Position numbers and translations under genes: made by a program. A stretch of 64,000 bases of DNA, taken from Mobula hypostoma. Taxonomy: Eukaryota. The stretch covers positions 149,236,001-149,300,000 of the forward strand of contig NC_086097.1 of assembly GCF_963921235.1 (NCBI RefSeq), written 5' to 3'. This document shows, one piece after another, positions 25,490-38,600 of the stretch (positions within the stretch are counted from its first letter, which is position 1; each line of letters starts with the position of its first letter). Under the pieces are notes generated by a model, which was not told the origin of the DNA, made no database searches, and was given only the letters and a program-made list of their open reading frames with translations.

Positions 25490-26939
25490 TATCATGTACG
25501 GTGATCATGTATTACTTATCATGATGCTACTTCAAACTGTTACCCACTTTTCTTCTAGAAAGTTACTGATGGAGCTGCTTATATTGGCGAGCCACTCAGT
25601 GCTTCCAGCAATGTGTATGTGCAGCAACATCTCCAAACCAGAGGAATCTCTTCTCTTCATCCTGTCAAAGTCTTCATAATTATATGGATTTTTCTTAATT
25701 ATCCTCCTTGCCTAGTATCTCAAGTTTCTCAGAAAAGCTGAGTTTTCTATCCTTATGAAACTATTTTATTGTTAGTATGAATATATTTCATACTGTGAGG
25801 TACAAATTTTCAAAGATTCATCACCCATTGAGTGAAGAAATTTAATTTCAGTATTAAAAAGCCTAATCCTTATTCAAAGACTCTGTTGCAGGTCTAAGAC
25901 ACCTCGACCAGGAGAAATCTGTAAAGTCCAATAAGAATTTTGTAATTTTCATGAGATCTACTCTCATTCTTCTCAGCTCTAGAGAATACATGTACATTCA
26001 ACACAATTTGCCCTTTTGTGGCAAACCCACCATTCCTAAAACCAGTGGAACAAATCTTCAACGCATTCCCTCTTCAGCAAGAAGGTACAGAGAACAAAAC
26101 TCTGCCTGTACTCCAAATCCAGTCTTGCAAAAGACCTATATTATTATTTTGAGACAGCTGCATCTTTGATTTCAAATTTTCTCATAATAAAGACCAACAC
26201 ACCATTTCCATTTGCCTTTCTAAAAATTGCTCATTAACTTATTTGCTGCAAAATCATATTTTATGGAAATAATCTCTTTGACACATTGAATTCACCCTGG
26301 CCAATTATCATTCCCATTTTATTTGTCACACATTCTCATTAATTCCTCCAAATTCCAACTCAACTCCACAACCTCGGGAAATTACAGGGGCCCATTAATT
26401 TACCAATCAATGTGTTTTTGAGATGTGGGAAGAAATAGGTAAAAACCAAAGAAAACTCACACAGATACAGAAAGAAGATAATAACTCTGAACAGGCATAA
26501 CCAGAGGTCAGGATTGAAACTGTGTCATTACAGTGGTGAGGCAACAGCTTTGCTTATTGATCCACTCGAGCATCCAATGCAAACTACATGTTGGCTTTCA
26601 GAGTCTTGTGTACAAGTACACTTAGTACTGAAGATCAACAATATCCAATCTCACATCAGTTAAAAAAAAAGTTTTGTTTGAAAGTGGATAACTTATTTTG
26701 TCAGCAAAACAGCTGATCATTTACTTCAGCAAAGTGGAAAAGGATTGTGCACAGGTTCCGTTTACATCAATGGTCATGACATCGAGAGATTGAGAGCTAC
26801 AAGATCCTTGAAGTGAACGTCACCAATAACGTGTCCTGCAACAATGACATAGCTGCCATTGCCAAGAAAGCTCTACTTCTTCAGACTAAAGAAATTTGGC
26901 ATATCCCCTTTTGACTCTCACCATTTGCTCTTGGTGCAT

Positions 26940-29870
26940 TAGAGAAGGCCGAGGGAAGGGTTTAAACAAATTTGGCAGGGGGATGGGAACCAGAGTAATA
27001 GGGCTTTTGGTTTACAAGCAGAGGTCGTGGGTACTGAGACTGTCAGGAAGGACTGGCAGATGGCAGGGCAAAATTGCAGCCAGTGGGATGAGTTGCAGTG
27101 TAAAAGGAGACAAAATTGGTTGAATGTGTTATATTTGAATGCACACCGTGTACAGAATAAAACAGATGATCTGGGAGCAGTTAAAAATTGGCAGGTATGA
27201 TGTGGGCATCACTGAGTCATGGCTGAAAGAAGATTGTAGTTGGGAGCTTAACATCCAAGGATCAAAGAGACAGGCAGGTAGGCAAAGGGGGCGGGGTGGC
27301 TCCGTTAGTAAAAAATGAAATCAAATCCTTAGAAAGACGTGATATAGGATCAGAAGATGTAGAATCCTTGTGGGTAGAGTTTAGAAACTGTAAGGGTAAA
27401 AAGACCCTGATGGGAGTTATACAAAGACCTCCGAACAGTAGACAGGATGTGGGATATAAATTACAACAGAAGACAGAAAATGCAATGTTATAATAGTCAT
27501 GGGGGATTTCAATATCCAGGTAGGTTGGGGAAAATCAAGTTGGTGCTGAATCTCAAGAGAAGGAATTTGTAGCATGACTACAAGATAGTTTTTTAGATCA
27601 GCTTATTATGGTTGAACCCATTTGGGAAAAGACAATCATGGGTTGGTGTTATGAACCAAATTTGATTGGGAAGCTTAAGGTAAAGGAAACCTTAGAAGAC
27701 AATGATCATAATATGTTAGAGTTCACCCAGCTGTTTGAGAGGGAGAAAATAAAGTCGGTATTACAGTGGAGTAAAGAGAGTTACAGAGGCATGAGAGAGG
27801 AGCCGGCCAAAGCTGATTGGCAGGGATGACAGCAGGACAGCAATGGCTGGAGTTTCTGGAGCAAATTGGAAGGTGCAGGATAGATACATCCCAAAGGGGA
27901 AGAATTATTCTAAAGCAAGGTTGAGGTAGCTATGGCTGACAAGGGGAGTTAAAGACAGTATAAAAGGAAAAGAGAGGGCATACAATATAGCAAAAATTAG
28001 TGGGATGTTAGAGGATTGGAAAGCTTTTAAAAACCAACAGAAGGCATCTAAAAAAAAAGCATAGGAGAGAAAAGATACAATATGTAGGTAAGCTGGCCAC
28101 TAATAAAAAAGAGAATATTAATTTTTTTCAGATATATATAGAGTAAAAGAGAGGCAAGAGTGGCTATTGGACTGCTGGAAAATTACACTGAAGAGGTAGT
28201 AATGGGCACAAAAAAATGGCGGATGAACTTATTAAGTATTTTGCATTAGTCCACTGTGGAAGACACCAGTAGTATACCAGAAATTCAAGAGTGTCATGGG
28301 GCAGAAATGAGTGTAGTTGCCATTTCTAAGAAGGTGGTCCTTGGGAAGCTGAAAGATCTTAAGTTTGATAAGTCACATGGACCAGATGGACCACATCCTA
28401 GGGTTCAGAAAGAAATAACTGAAGAGATTGTTGAGGCATTAGTAATGATCTTTCAAGAATCACTAGATTCTGGAATGGCTTCAGAGAACTGGGAAATTGC
28501 AAAAGTCACTACACTATTTAAGAAGGGAGAGAGGCAGAAGAAAGGAAATTACAGGCTAATTAGCCTTACTTCAATGGTTGTGAAGGCGATGGAGTCCATT
28601 ATTAAGGACAAGGTTTCAGGTTACATGCTGGCAGATGATAAAGCAGGCAAAAGTCAGCATGGTTTTCTTAAGGGGAAATCTTGCCTGACAAACTGGCAGG
28701 ATTGACAAAGGAGAGCCAATTGATGTAGTTTACTTGGATTTTCTGAAGACCTTTGACAAGGTACCACATATGATGCTGTTTAACAAGATAAGAACCCACG
28801 ATATTACAGGAAATACTAGCATGGAGGGAGCACTGGCTGATTGGCAGGAGGCAAAGAGTGGGAATAAAGGGGTTGGCTGCCGGTAATGAGTGGTATTCCA
28901 CAGGGGTCGGTATTGACCCCGCTTCTCTTCACGTTATATGTTAATGATCTGGATGGCAGAATTGATGGCTTTGTGGCCAAGTTTGCGGACGGTACAAAGA
29001 GAGGTGGAGGGGCTGGTAGTGCTGAGGAAGCAAGGAGTCTGCAGAAGGAGTTAGACAGATAGGGAGAATGGGCAAAGAAGTGGCAGATAGAATATAGTGT
29101 AGGGAAGAGTATGGTCATGCACCTTCATAGAAGGAACAAAGGCATAGACTATTTTCTAAATAGGGGGAAAATTCAGAAATCAGAGGTGCAAAGGGATTTT
29201 GGAGTCCTTGTGCAGGACTCCCTAAATGTTAACTCGCAGTTTGAGTTAGTAGTAAGGAAGGCAATGTAATGTCAGCATTCATTTTGAGAGGACTAGAATA
29301 TAAGAGTTAAGTATGTGATGCTCAGGTTTTATAAGGTATTGATCAGACTGCACCTGGAGTATTGTGAGCAGTTTTGGAGCCCTTATCTAAGAAAGTACTG
29401 TATGTGCTGGCTTGGAGAAGGTCCAGTGAGGTTCATGAGAATGATTCCAGGAATGAAAGAGTTAACGTGAGGAATGTTTGATGGCTCTGGTCCTGTATTT
29501 GCTGGAGTTCAAAAGAATGCAATGGGGTGCGGGGGGAAGCTCAGTGAAACCTATCAAATATTAAAAGCCCTGGAGATGCTGTTTCCTACAGTGGGGACTC
29601 TAGTATAGGAGGACATTCTGTAGAACATAGGAGGAATTTTTTAGCCAGTGGGTGGCGAATCTGTGGAATTCATTGCCACATATGGCTGTGCAGATCAAGT
29701 TACTGGGTATATTTAAAGTGGAGGTTGATAAGTACTTGATTAGTAAGGGTATTAAAGTTTACGGAGAAAAGAGAGGAGAATGGGGTTGGGAAGGATAATA
29801 AAGCACCCATGATGAATGCTGGAGCAGATTTGATGGCCTGAATGGCCCAATTCTGCCCCTACATCTTATC
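26940..29870 (+). mobile_element. CR1 LINE, near full-length ORF2 (APE endonuclease plus RT), decayed
   Basis: YLNAH…GITESWL…GGGVAPLVK…VESLWVE…MGDFN, KSHGPDGPHPRV…GNYRLISLTS…SQHGFLKGKSCLTN, and CR1 3'UTR. Confidence 0.9.
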
Positions 29871-30139
29871 ATCGTATAGAACTAAAGAATAACATTGGAA
29901 AGAAGACATACGGTAGATGGGAGTAGTAATTCGGTCCTCAAAACTATCTCTAAATTGGACAAAACATAAGTGGGGAAACATTAAAGGAAAATTAAAGTAA
30001 AAGTAAAGGAAAGGAGTTTTGCAATTATCAGTGGTAATTTTAATCTGATTATTAATTAGATAAACAGGCACTGTGAGAGATGGGTTTGTGGAGTGCATAC
30101 GGGATTGTTTCTTGGAGTAATACAGTATGAACATAACTA

Positions 30140-31175
30140 GAAACACACACAAAATGCTGGAGGAACTCAGCAGGCCAGGCAGCATCTACGGGAAAGAGTA
30201 TATTCGACGTTTTGGGCCAAGACCCTTCACTAGGACTGGAGAACAAAAGGAGTCAGAGTAAGAAAGTGAGGGGAGGGAAAGAAGCAACACGAAGGGATAG
30301 GTGGGGGAAGAGGGGTGAAGTAAAGAGACAGGAAGTTGATTAGTGAAGAGAGATATTGGGCTGGAGAAGGAAGAATCTGATAGGAGAGGACAGAAGCCAT
30401 GGAAGAAGGAAAGGGGAGAGGAGCACTGGCAGGAGGTGATGGACAGGTAAGGAGATAAGGTGAGAGAGAGAAATGGGAATGGGGAATGATGGGGGAGGTA
30501 ATTATTCATAATAGTAAGTACTTTATTAATCCCAAGTAGGAAATTCTTTCGTTACAGCAGCAACTTTTAAAAACACACTTAACAGTGTGCAGACTTAACT
30601 AATAGTAAAGTACAGGATAATCGTACACATCTCTATCCGCTTGGACGAACTTGAAGCAAGGTATGGTAGCACTATGGGCTGGAAAATGCACATGTAGCAG
30701 GTCTCAGTTAAGCACAAAAACACTGCACTCCTGGAATTCGCCCCCCCCCCCCCCGTCTTAATCAGTGTGCCAAGCTCATCCATCATATTTCCCAAGGACT
30801 TCACATTTCCCATGATGATCGCGAAGATAGAAGGTTTTTACTCCCTCTTCTTAGTCTTAACCTTAGCTCTGGCCCTGCCGCCTCAGCGTCGTCTCCCAAG
30901 CTCCCACGGGATCTCGGGCCACACTCTGGCAGTAGCATCGGTTTGCATAGCTCGATCAGCCAGTTTCTGAAATAAACAGAACCTTTGCTCCAAACACAAT
31001 GTAGCCATCACAAACAGACCCACACACAATAATCCAGAATTACCAGAAGTTCAAGAAATCGATATTTATGCCATCAGGTTGAAGGACGCCCTCCAACCTG
31101 AGTGCAGCAACATCTTATTTTCTGGCTGGGTAGCCTCCAACCTGATGGTATGAACATCAACTTCTCTAAGTTCTG
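30140..31175 (-). mobile_element. Penelope 3' end, interrupted by a short Rex1-derived element
   Basis: Terminal repeat at 30140-30240, purine-rich UTR to about 30505, resuming at about 31037 (aattaccagaagtt…gccatcaggttg) with a small inversion. Confidence 0.75.
30510..31035 (-). mobile_element. Internally deleted Rex1/Babar-like element
   Basis: APE endonuclease start MGNVKSLGNMMDEL…FLCLTET joined directly to a 3' tail gaatttcctacttgggattaataaagta. Confidence 0.6.
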
Positions 31176-31409
31176 GAAAATTTTGATCTCTGCAACAAGA
31201 TAGTGGTAGTTTTAAATCATTTGGTGAAGTTAAGATGGCGCCAAATGGCTGCCTCTTTTAGTTCATCTGCGGAAACAGCTTAAATTTCTCTCTTTAATGT
31301 TTCTTTCTTCTTTTTCAAGGTGGCTGGGGTTCTATCGGGGTTGCTGATCTGCAACAGCATGGCAATAAGTTCCCTTTCTTGGAGCTCCCTCAATGACTGG
31401 CCATGACGT

Positions 31410-32865
31410 GCCCCTCAGCTATGTGGAGTACTTCGCCATGTATTCAACATGAGCCTGAGGCTCCGGAGGGTTCCTGTACTGTGGAAGATGTCCTGCCTCA
31501 TCCCTGTGCTGAAGATGCCGTGCCCCAGCGGCCTCAATGACTACAGACCAGTGGCATTGACCTCCCACATCATGAAGACCCTGGAGAGACTTGTTCTGGA
31601 GCTGCTCTGGCATATGGTCAGGCCACACTTAGATCCCCTCCAGTTCGCCTACCAGCCCCAACTAGGAGTTGAGGATGCCATCGTCTACCTGCTGAACCGT
31701 GTCTACGCCCACCTGCACAAGCCAGTGAGCACTGTGAGGGTCATGTTTTTTGACTTCTCCAGTGTGTTCAACACCATCCGCCCTGCTCTGTTGGGGGAGA
31801 AGCTGACAGCGATGCAGGTGGATGCTTTCCTGGTATCATGGATTCTTGATTACCTGACTGGCAGACCACAGTACGTGTGGTTGCAACACTGTGTGTCCGA
31901 CAGAGTGATCAGCAGCACTGGGGCTCCACAGGGAACTGTCTTGTCTCCCTTTCTCTTCACCATTTACACCTCAGACTTCAACTACTGCACAGAGTCTTGT
32001 CATCTCCAGAAGTTTTCGGATGACTCTGCCATAGTTGGATGCATCAGCAAGGGAGATGAGGTTGAGTACAGGGCTACGGTAGGAAACTTTGTCACATGGT
32101 GTGAGCAGAATTATCTGCAGCTTAATGTGAAAAAGCTGGTGGTAGACCTGAGGAGAGCTGAGGTACCGGTGACCCCTGTTTCCATCCAGGGGGGTCAGTG
32201 TGGACATGGTGGAGGATTACAAATACCTGGGGATACGAATTGACAATAAACTGGACTGGTCTAAAAACACTAAGGATGTCTACAAGAAGGGTCAGAGCTG
32301 TCTCTATTTCCTGAGGAGACTGAGATCCTTTAACATCTACCGGACGATGCTGAGGATATTCTACGAGTCTGTGGTGGCCAGTGCTATCATGTTTGCTGTT
32401 GTATGCTGGGGCAGCAGGCTGAGGGTAGCAGACACCAACAGAATCAACAAACTCATTCGTAAGGCCAGTGATGTTGTGGGGATGGAACTGGACTCTCTCA
32501 CGGTGGTGTCTGAAAAGAGGATGTTGTCTAAGTTGCATGCCATCTTGGTCAATGTCTCCCATCCACTACATAATGTACTGGGTGGGCACAGGAGTACATT
32601 CAGGCAGAGACTCATTCCTCCGAGATGCAGCACAGAGCATCATAGGAAGTCATTCCTGCCTGTGGCCATCAAACTTTACAACTCCTCCCTTGGAGGGTCA
32701 GACACCCTGAGTCGGGTCCTGGACTTATTTCATAATTTACTGGCATAATTTATATATTATTATTTAACTATTTATGGTTCTATTACTATTTATTATTTAT
32801 GGTGCAACTGTAACGAAAACCAATTTCCCCCGGGATCAATAAAGTATGACTATGACTATGACTAT
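31410..32865 (+). mobile_element. Rex1/Babar LINE, 5'-truncated, well preserved RT
   Basis: ORFs 31449-32243 and 32200-32748 (LNDYRPVALTSHIMKTLERL, DPLQFAY, FFDFSSVFNTI, GAPQGTVLSPFLF, KFSDDSAIVG, YKYLG); frameshift at a G-run near 32190; tail gggatcaataaag(tatgac)3. Confidence 0.93.
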
Positions 32866-33454
32866 TTTCTAACATTCTCCAGCATGGAAGACACCAGGTG
32901 TGGCCCTGTGGATGACCGTTTCCAGGCCGGTGCCACCAACTGAGGGGTCGCGGGAGAACATCAGGATCTTGTGGCAGCTGATGCTGTGGACGGAGGACTC
33001 TAGTTGAGCGATTGCTCTCTTTCTCTCTCTCTCTTTCAATTGTAGGGGGAGTTTGCTCCTGATTCTTGAGTCAAAGAATCTCAGAATAAAAATTGACGTG
33101 GAAAACTGTAACATCGTAACAGCGACCGTTAATCTTCCCTTTTGCTGTGAAATGTGTGACATCTCTCTGTCTCTTGTTAGTGAGACGGCGAGAGTCTGTG
33201 GCATGTTGAACAGTCAGGTAAACAATAGTTTTATTGTTGACTGCAGATCATGGTCTCTCTTTGGGTGCTTTGCTATTGCTTGGTGGATAGTGGGGAGGAG
33301 GGCACAGGTTGATGCTTTGCTGCCGCTTGCACTAGGGAGGGGGCTTCGGGGTTCTAACATTCTTCTGTCATTCATTCTTTTGAAGTTCTTCTGTTTTTCA
33401 TGAATGTCTGCGAAGACTAACTATTTCAGGTTTACTGGTATATATTCTCTGATA

Positions 33455-33767
33455 GTGGGCACGTGGCCAAGTGGTTAAGGCATTGGACTAGCGACCTGAA
33501 GGTCATGAGTTCGAGCCCCAGCCGAGGCAGCGTGTTGTGTCCTTGATCAAGGCACTTAACCACACAGTGCTCTGCGACGACACTGGTGCCAAGCTGTATC
33601 GGCCCTTGCCCTTCCCTTGGACAACATCGGTATCATGGAGAGGGGAGATTTGCGGCATGGGCAACTGCCGGTCTTCCATACAACCTTGCCCAGGCCTGCA
33701 CCCTGGAGAGTGAAGACTTTCCAGGCGCAGATCCATGGTCTCGCAAGACTAACGGATGCCTTTATTT
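33455..33767 (+). mobile_element. tRNA-derived SINE with CORE-like block and RTE-type tail
   Basis: A box TGGCCAAGTGG, B box GTTCGAGCC, CORE-like gtgtccttgatcaaggcacttaac, tail ccatggtctcgcaagactaacggatgcc. 12-bp TSD tattctctgata (33443-33454) / tattctttgata (33768-33779). Confidence 0.8.
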
Positions 33768-33799
33768 TATTCTTTGATAATAAACAGAACCATTTGAAA

Positions 33800-35010
33800 A
33801 CTTGCTAATGGAACCTGATACAGGAAAGTGTGAGATCATGTACACCAATAAGAATCAAAAGGCAGACTCATATCAAAATGGAGATTGCAAATGAGTGTAG
33901 GACAGAGGATCTTCATGCTCATGTTCCTGTGCATGAAACACATAAAGTTAACTTGCAGGTTCAGCAAGAGTTTGGAAGGCAATTGGCATATTGGATTTTA
34001 ATCTAAATGGGCTACAGTTTAGAAACGGAGAAATGTTATTACAATTTGATAAGAGTGTTGGTCAGGCCACACTTGAAGAACTGTGTACAGTTTTCATCCC
34101 TTTATGTAAAAGAGAGTCATTGGAGACAGTCTAGAAGAGACTCTTACCTACCTACTGCCCATTATGCCGCTGGCATTTAGGGCAGCAATGAAGGTCTCCA
34201 TGACTGGCAGTGTTTGGGGCTTCCTTCATTGTGGGAATTGCTCGGATTCAACTAATGTCAGTTCCAGGTGAAGACTCAGGAATACCGTCGCACTCAGATG
34301 TAGAAGGATTCTTCATTGCTGTTTCCATAACAATTTTGTTTTACCAGTCTTTTTGTTAGCCCTGAGCTGAATCCCCGAACCTGAGGACCGGTGGACCAGT
34401 CTGGCCTCTACCCTTTCACCTGTTTGGCATGGGTGACCATACCAAGAGCCAAAGCATACAGCCCTGACTCCAGCCAACATAGCTCTCTGGCTCACTGAAG
34501 CACACAAGCCTCCAAACCCAGCAACAAAGTTGTGGTGCTCTTGGAGGAGAAAAGACTCACTTGGTTGATTATTGGGATGAGAGGATTGTTGGAATACAAG
34601 CATTAGGTCTGTATTCTTTAGACTTTAGATATTTAAAGGATACACAACCTCTACAACTCTAGAATGAAGGGTGTTCTTTTGAAACATATACGTAGATCCT
34701 ATGGAAAGTCATAGATTAAATGTTGGGATGTTTCCTTTCATTGAATGAAGGGCCAAAATTTGAAAATTAAAAGGCAGTCATTTAAAACGGAAGTGTTGAT
34801 TAATTTCTTCTCTCAGAGGGTGATGAATCTCTTTGAATCCCCAAGGAGTTGGAGAGACGAGCCCACTGGAGATAGTTAACAAGGAATTAGATACATTTCT
34901 GAACCATCTGGGTGCTAGGGGGATCTGGTACAGAAAAGGAAGCCTGGGGTAGATTATCAATGTTCAATAGGGTGGTGGGGCTTGCAAATTACCCCTGCTC
35001 CTATTTTCTT
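33800..35010 (+). mobile_element. Old CR1 3' fragment
   Basis: Degenerate KCEIM…LVRPHLKNCVQF…LETV.KR.TWLIIGM…QRVMNL; split by the insertion at 34144-34547. Confidence 0.65.
34144..34547 (-). mobile_element. Short RTE-derived non-autonomous element (5'UTR fused to 3' end)
   Basis: 5' end caccacaactttgttgctgggtttggaggcttgtgtgcttcagtgagccagagagctatg resembles RTE/BovB 5'UTRs; (GTAG)n tail. 11-bp TSD agaagagactc (34133-34143) / agaaaagactc (34548-34558). Confidence 0.65.
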
Positions 35011-35149
35011 CTGAAATTTTTGGATGGAGTCAGTGAACCCCCATCATCAGACAGGTGACACAAGCGATTCTGCAGATGCTGGAAATCTTGGGCAACACAC
35101 ACGTAGGGTCTCGGTCCGAAATGTCGACTATGACTTCCCTCCGTTGGCT

Positions 35150-35600
35150 GACCTGTCGAGTCCCTCCAGCATTTTGCGGGCGACCCTCAGCATCGAGACA
35201 GGTAAAAGTCTCGACATCCCCGCGCACTCAGGCAGAACGAGCGGACGCTCGGTGTGCGCGCTGACGTCACGGGGAGCGCTTGGAGATGGTGTGAGGGTTG
35301 ACGTCGCGGTGTTTTGAAAGGAGGAAGAAGGAGAGAGGAGTAGGGGCGGCAGTACGGAGGAGCGAGGGCGGTTTCTGTGGGCGATTGATGGGCAGCAAAT
35401 GTCGTTCAGCCTTCGCCAGGTCCGCTCCAAGCTCAGGCAACCGAGTTCGAAGGCAGCGAGGGGCGGGGAGTGGTAGCCGAGCTTCGTTCCGCGTAGCTGT
35501 GTGAGCGGGAGAGGTCGGGCGAAATATGAGGGGGGAAGGTAAGGCCTCAGCCAGCCTGGCTCAGCTCACGGGGGAACGGGCACCCACTATTTGGGGCACC
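35150..35600 (+). promoter_or_regulatory. CpG-island promoter of the PHF20L1-type gene
   Basis: CpG-dense non-TE stretch. Perfect CRE TGACGTCA at 35262-35269, near-CRE TGACGTCG at 35299-35306, GC boxes (GGGGCGG), followed by a splice donor at 35539. Confidence 0.75.
35300..35538 (+). other. PHF20L1: Probable non-coding first exon (5'UTR) of PHF20L1; start approximate
   Basis: Consensus donor AAG|gtaagg (gt at 35539-35540) at the 3' edge of the CpG island. The ATG-containing exon lies about 10 kb downstream behind an acceptor. Confidence 0.6.
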
Positions 35601-38600
35601 ACATCCCACAGGATTACCTGCTGAACATCACACGCCGCTCATCAACAGTCGCCCACTTCTAAAACAATTAAAATCACGCTGACTGTAAAGTAAATTCCTG
35701 TAATGTTCGCAGTTTAAAATTACAACTGAAGTTTGAGTCATGGATATTTCTCAGAAAATTACCCTGTATAAGTAGGAGTGGAAAATCTAGGGCGAGATCT
35801 TTTACAAATGTATTGCAAAGGAAAGTACAGGATCATGTGGCAAGTGCCACAAGTACCATATGACAGATTATAAATATCTGCTGCAAATGCAGATTGCATT
35901 TAAAATTGTAAAGGATGTAAATACGGTATTTTATAAACTCAAAAAATATATACAGATGAATATATGTTCTATAGCAAGTAACAGCGTAACCCCTTGACAA
36001 AGGGAATAGGATGAAAATGCTGAAAATCAAAAATAAAATGTGTATCGAAAGCCTAGTAAGAATAACATGTTAAGAGCAAACTTCATGAAATTTGTTATAG
36101 ATATGTCTGTGATTGTTTGGACTTGAAGTAGTTAGCTTCATGATGGGATGTATCTGCAGGCTGGTGGGTATGAAATTGAACTCAGTGTAAAGAAAAAGTT
36201 TATCATTTGGAAATAAGTCTGTATCTAAAAATTATAGGACTAATGTGAAATATCAATTTATATGTAAAGTATTTGAAGTAGTCAGAGTGGTTTTTGGTGT
36301 ACTGACACAAAAATCCCTTAAAGGTGTTTGGTGTGATACCCTTCATAGTGCGGATGCACATACAGGTCCTCTCTAACTTAAGAAAGCCCAACTTGCATAC
36401 AATTTGTACATATGAGCATTTGTGACACTGGCATTGCCAACTATTTCAGGCATCATTTGCTAAGTTAGAGCTCAGTTCACGTCTGCATTTCTGACTTGCG
36501 AACTGTGGGTTATGAAGTATTCACAGGGACAGGAGCTGCTGTAATATGGGAAGTACCTGTACACTGGAGGGTGAGGAGGCAGATATTTGTGTACTCTTAA
36601 CTGGAGATATTCTTTGGAAGACTTAAGGATTCTTTTTAATAAGTCACTTCATTCGCTTTTACTTAAGGTGAATGGATAATATGACCTCTCAGTTATTGAC
36701 ACTTGTTGCTGAAAATAAAGGCAGGATAAGGACTGAGTTGTTATGAGCTCTGAGGTTTGTTTTTATGGATCTGCCCAGCCTCTTAAGCGTCATAGCATAT
36801 CAAGACCTGGAGCTTTTCCTGAATATCTACCAATGATGGTGGCCATTGTTCATGTTTAAATTAGTATAGTGGGTTTTTGAATAGTGTTTTGAGTGTCATC
36901 ACCTCCACCCTGTGAGAGTAAGAAAAACACCACAGGTTGACTTCACTGATGACCCATTGAGGAGTTTATGAGTTAAATGTGATAACAATGTTGTGACTTG
37001 AAGTGACATCAAGCAACTCATTTAACACTGAATTTGGAATTTTCACAACAGAGCATTGACTGACTCATTTAGGTGATGTAGGCTGAAAAATGACATGCTG
37101 TTAATAAGGTTAGTACTTTGTGTGAGCCCATTCAGTTACTGTTGTCAGGTTACTTGACCTTGGTAGTTTCAGAAAGCAGCTCAATATCTTCATTTGAGCA
37201 ATTAGTGATGGTAAATTTGAGTATAGATTTTCATTTCACAGTTATTGAATTTTCAAGGAAAACCAGGTGAAGTGAAAGGACAGAAGAATTGAGACTTCAA
37301 GTTCACGAAACTAAGAACCAGATCTGTGAATGTATTCATTGGAAAAAGAAACTTGGTTTTGGGTAAGAATATACAAAAATTGAAATGCAATGAAACATCT
37401 GTATAAATAGACCAAGGTTGGAATACTTCATCCTGGTTTGGAAGAATGTTGAAACAAAATGGGTGCATTAGATTTGAGAAGATGCTGCTTTGTAGTAGTT
37501 TCAAAGAGTTGTAGAAATGTCTGTTAAAACATATTTTAACAAGGTGGTTAAGAATAATTATGATACGAGGCAGTATAGATAGAAACAAATTAGAACCCCA
37601 TTATGGGAGGAAATACAGACAGTACCATTTATTTGAACAAGTTCTTTTCCATGTAAATGCGAACTAGTTTGGGATTGCTTTTGATTGAGAATCCTGATGC
37701 TGTCTGTTGCTTATGATTTCCTCTGCACTTGGGATCCCTGTGATGTCCTCCAGTGGAGTAATACAAATTTGCAGCTGTTATCAGCAGTTGCACTTGGGAA
37801 TCTGCCCACTTCATGTGCTCCAGTTGAGTTGAAGTGCAGTAACTTTGATTTGAATGGAGACAAATGGCTGTCAAAGGCATGATTGAGTATTAGGTACCTT
37901 CCTTAATTAAAACCCATGTAAATTAAAAGATTGTTTTAGTATTTATTAAGTATTCTGAAATATTTTTTGTTTAATTTTTGTATCTTAACTTTGTGTTTGG
38001 ATATTCCTTATCAAATAATGGTTCTCCATTATTTGTGATAGAGGAGATTTAATTTAGCTAACTGTCAACTATGTTCTTCAGATGCTCAATCATGGGTGGT
38101 TTGTTCTGTTTCCTCACCCCACTGTGGTGGTTTTGGCCTTGTTATTAAGGGAGGACCAGGACATTACTTAGGAGTACGTTGACACTGTGCAATCAGACAT
38201 TTTTTGCTGCGTTCCTCCCATATTTGCTGTGTGTTGCTTCTGGTAATTTTTGTGTGTTTTGGCTGGAAAATCTGTTCAAGAGGCCCAGAATGAAGGGGTG
38301 AAGGCAAAAAATACGACTGTAATCTTTCCCCCCCACGGAGAGTTTTGAAGCTATGGAATACATTTTACATGGACCATATCAACATTCAAAAATAAATTAA
38401 ATGTGACAGAAAAAAAAATGGGATAATTGAAAGATTTTTACTCTTTTTGTCTGGAATAACGATAAGTAGCAGACTTTTCATTTCGACCCCACTGTAAAAC
38501 GTAATAATGTGAAATGGTTGGACCACATCTGGATAGTATGGGTCTATGGAGCTGAGGTTTATTGCAAACTTTTGAAGTCATAGTATTGAAAAAATCATAT

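Noticed and set aside
33455..33530. tRNA gene
   Set aside because: A and B boxes are present, but the sequence runs into a SINE body and tail and is flanked by a TSD, so it is a SINE head.
35024..35430. Overlapping ORFs at the CpG island as a head-to-head gene (e.g. TMEM71)
   Set aside because: GC-rich, stop-poor sequence partly derived from a Penelope tail; no recognisable protein or minus-strand exon chain.
36363..36559. Old Tigger-like MITE (TA|CAGGT…ACCTG|TA)
   Set aside because: Only 5 bp of clean terminal match; plausible but unsupported.
36945..37031. C/D-box snoRNA (CTGATGA…CTGA)
   Set aside because: Imperfect C box, no convincing terminal stem and no recognisable rRNA guide.
38072..38301. 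Small hydrophobic protein (faint BLCAP- or PIG-like resemblance)
   Set aside because: All three frames are broken by stops and the similarity is explained by T/G-rich composition.
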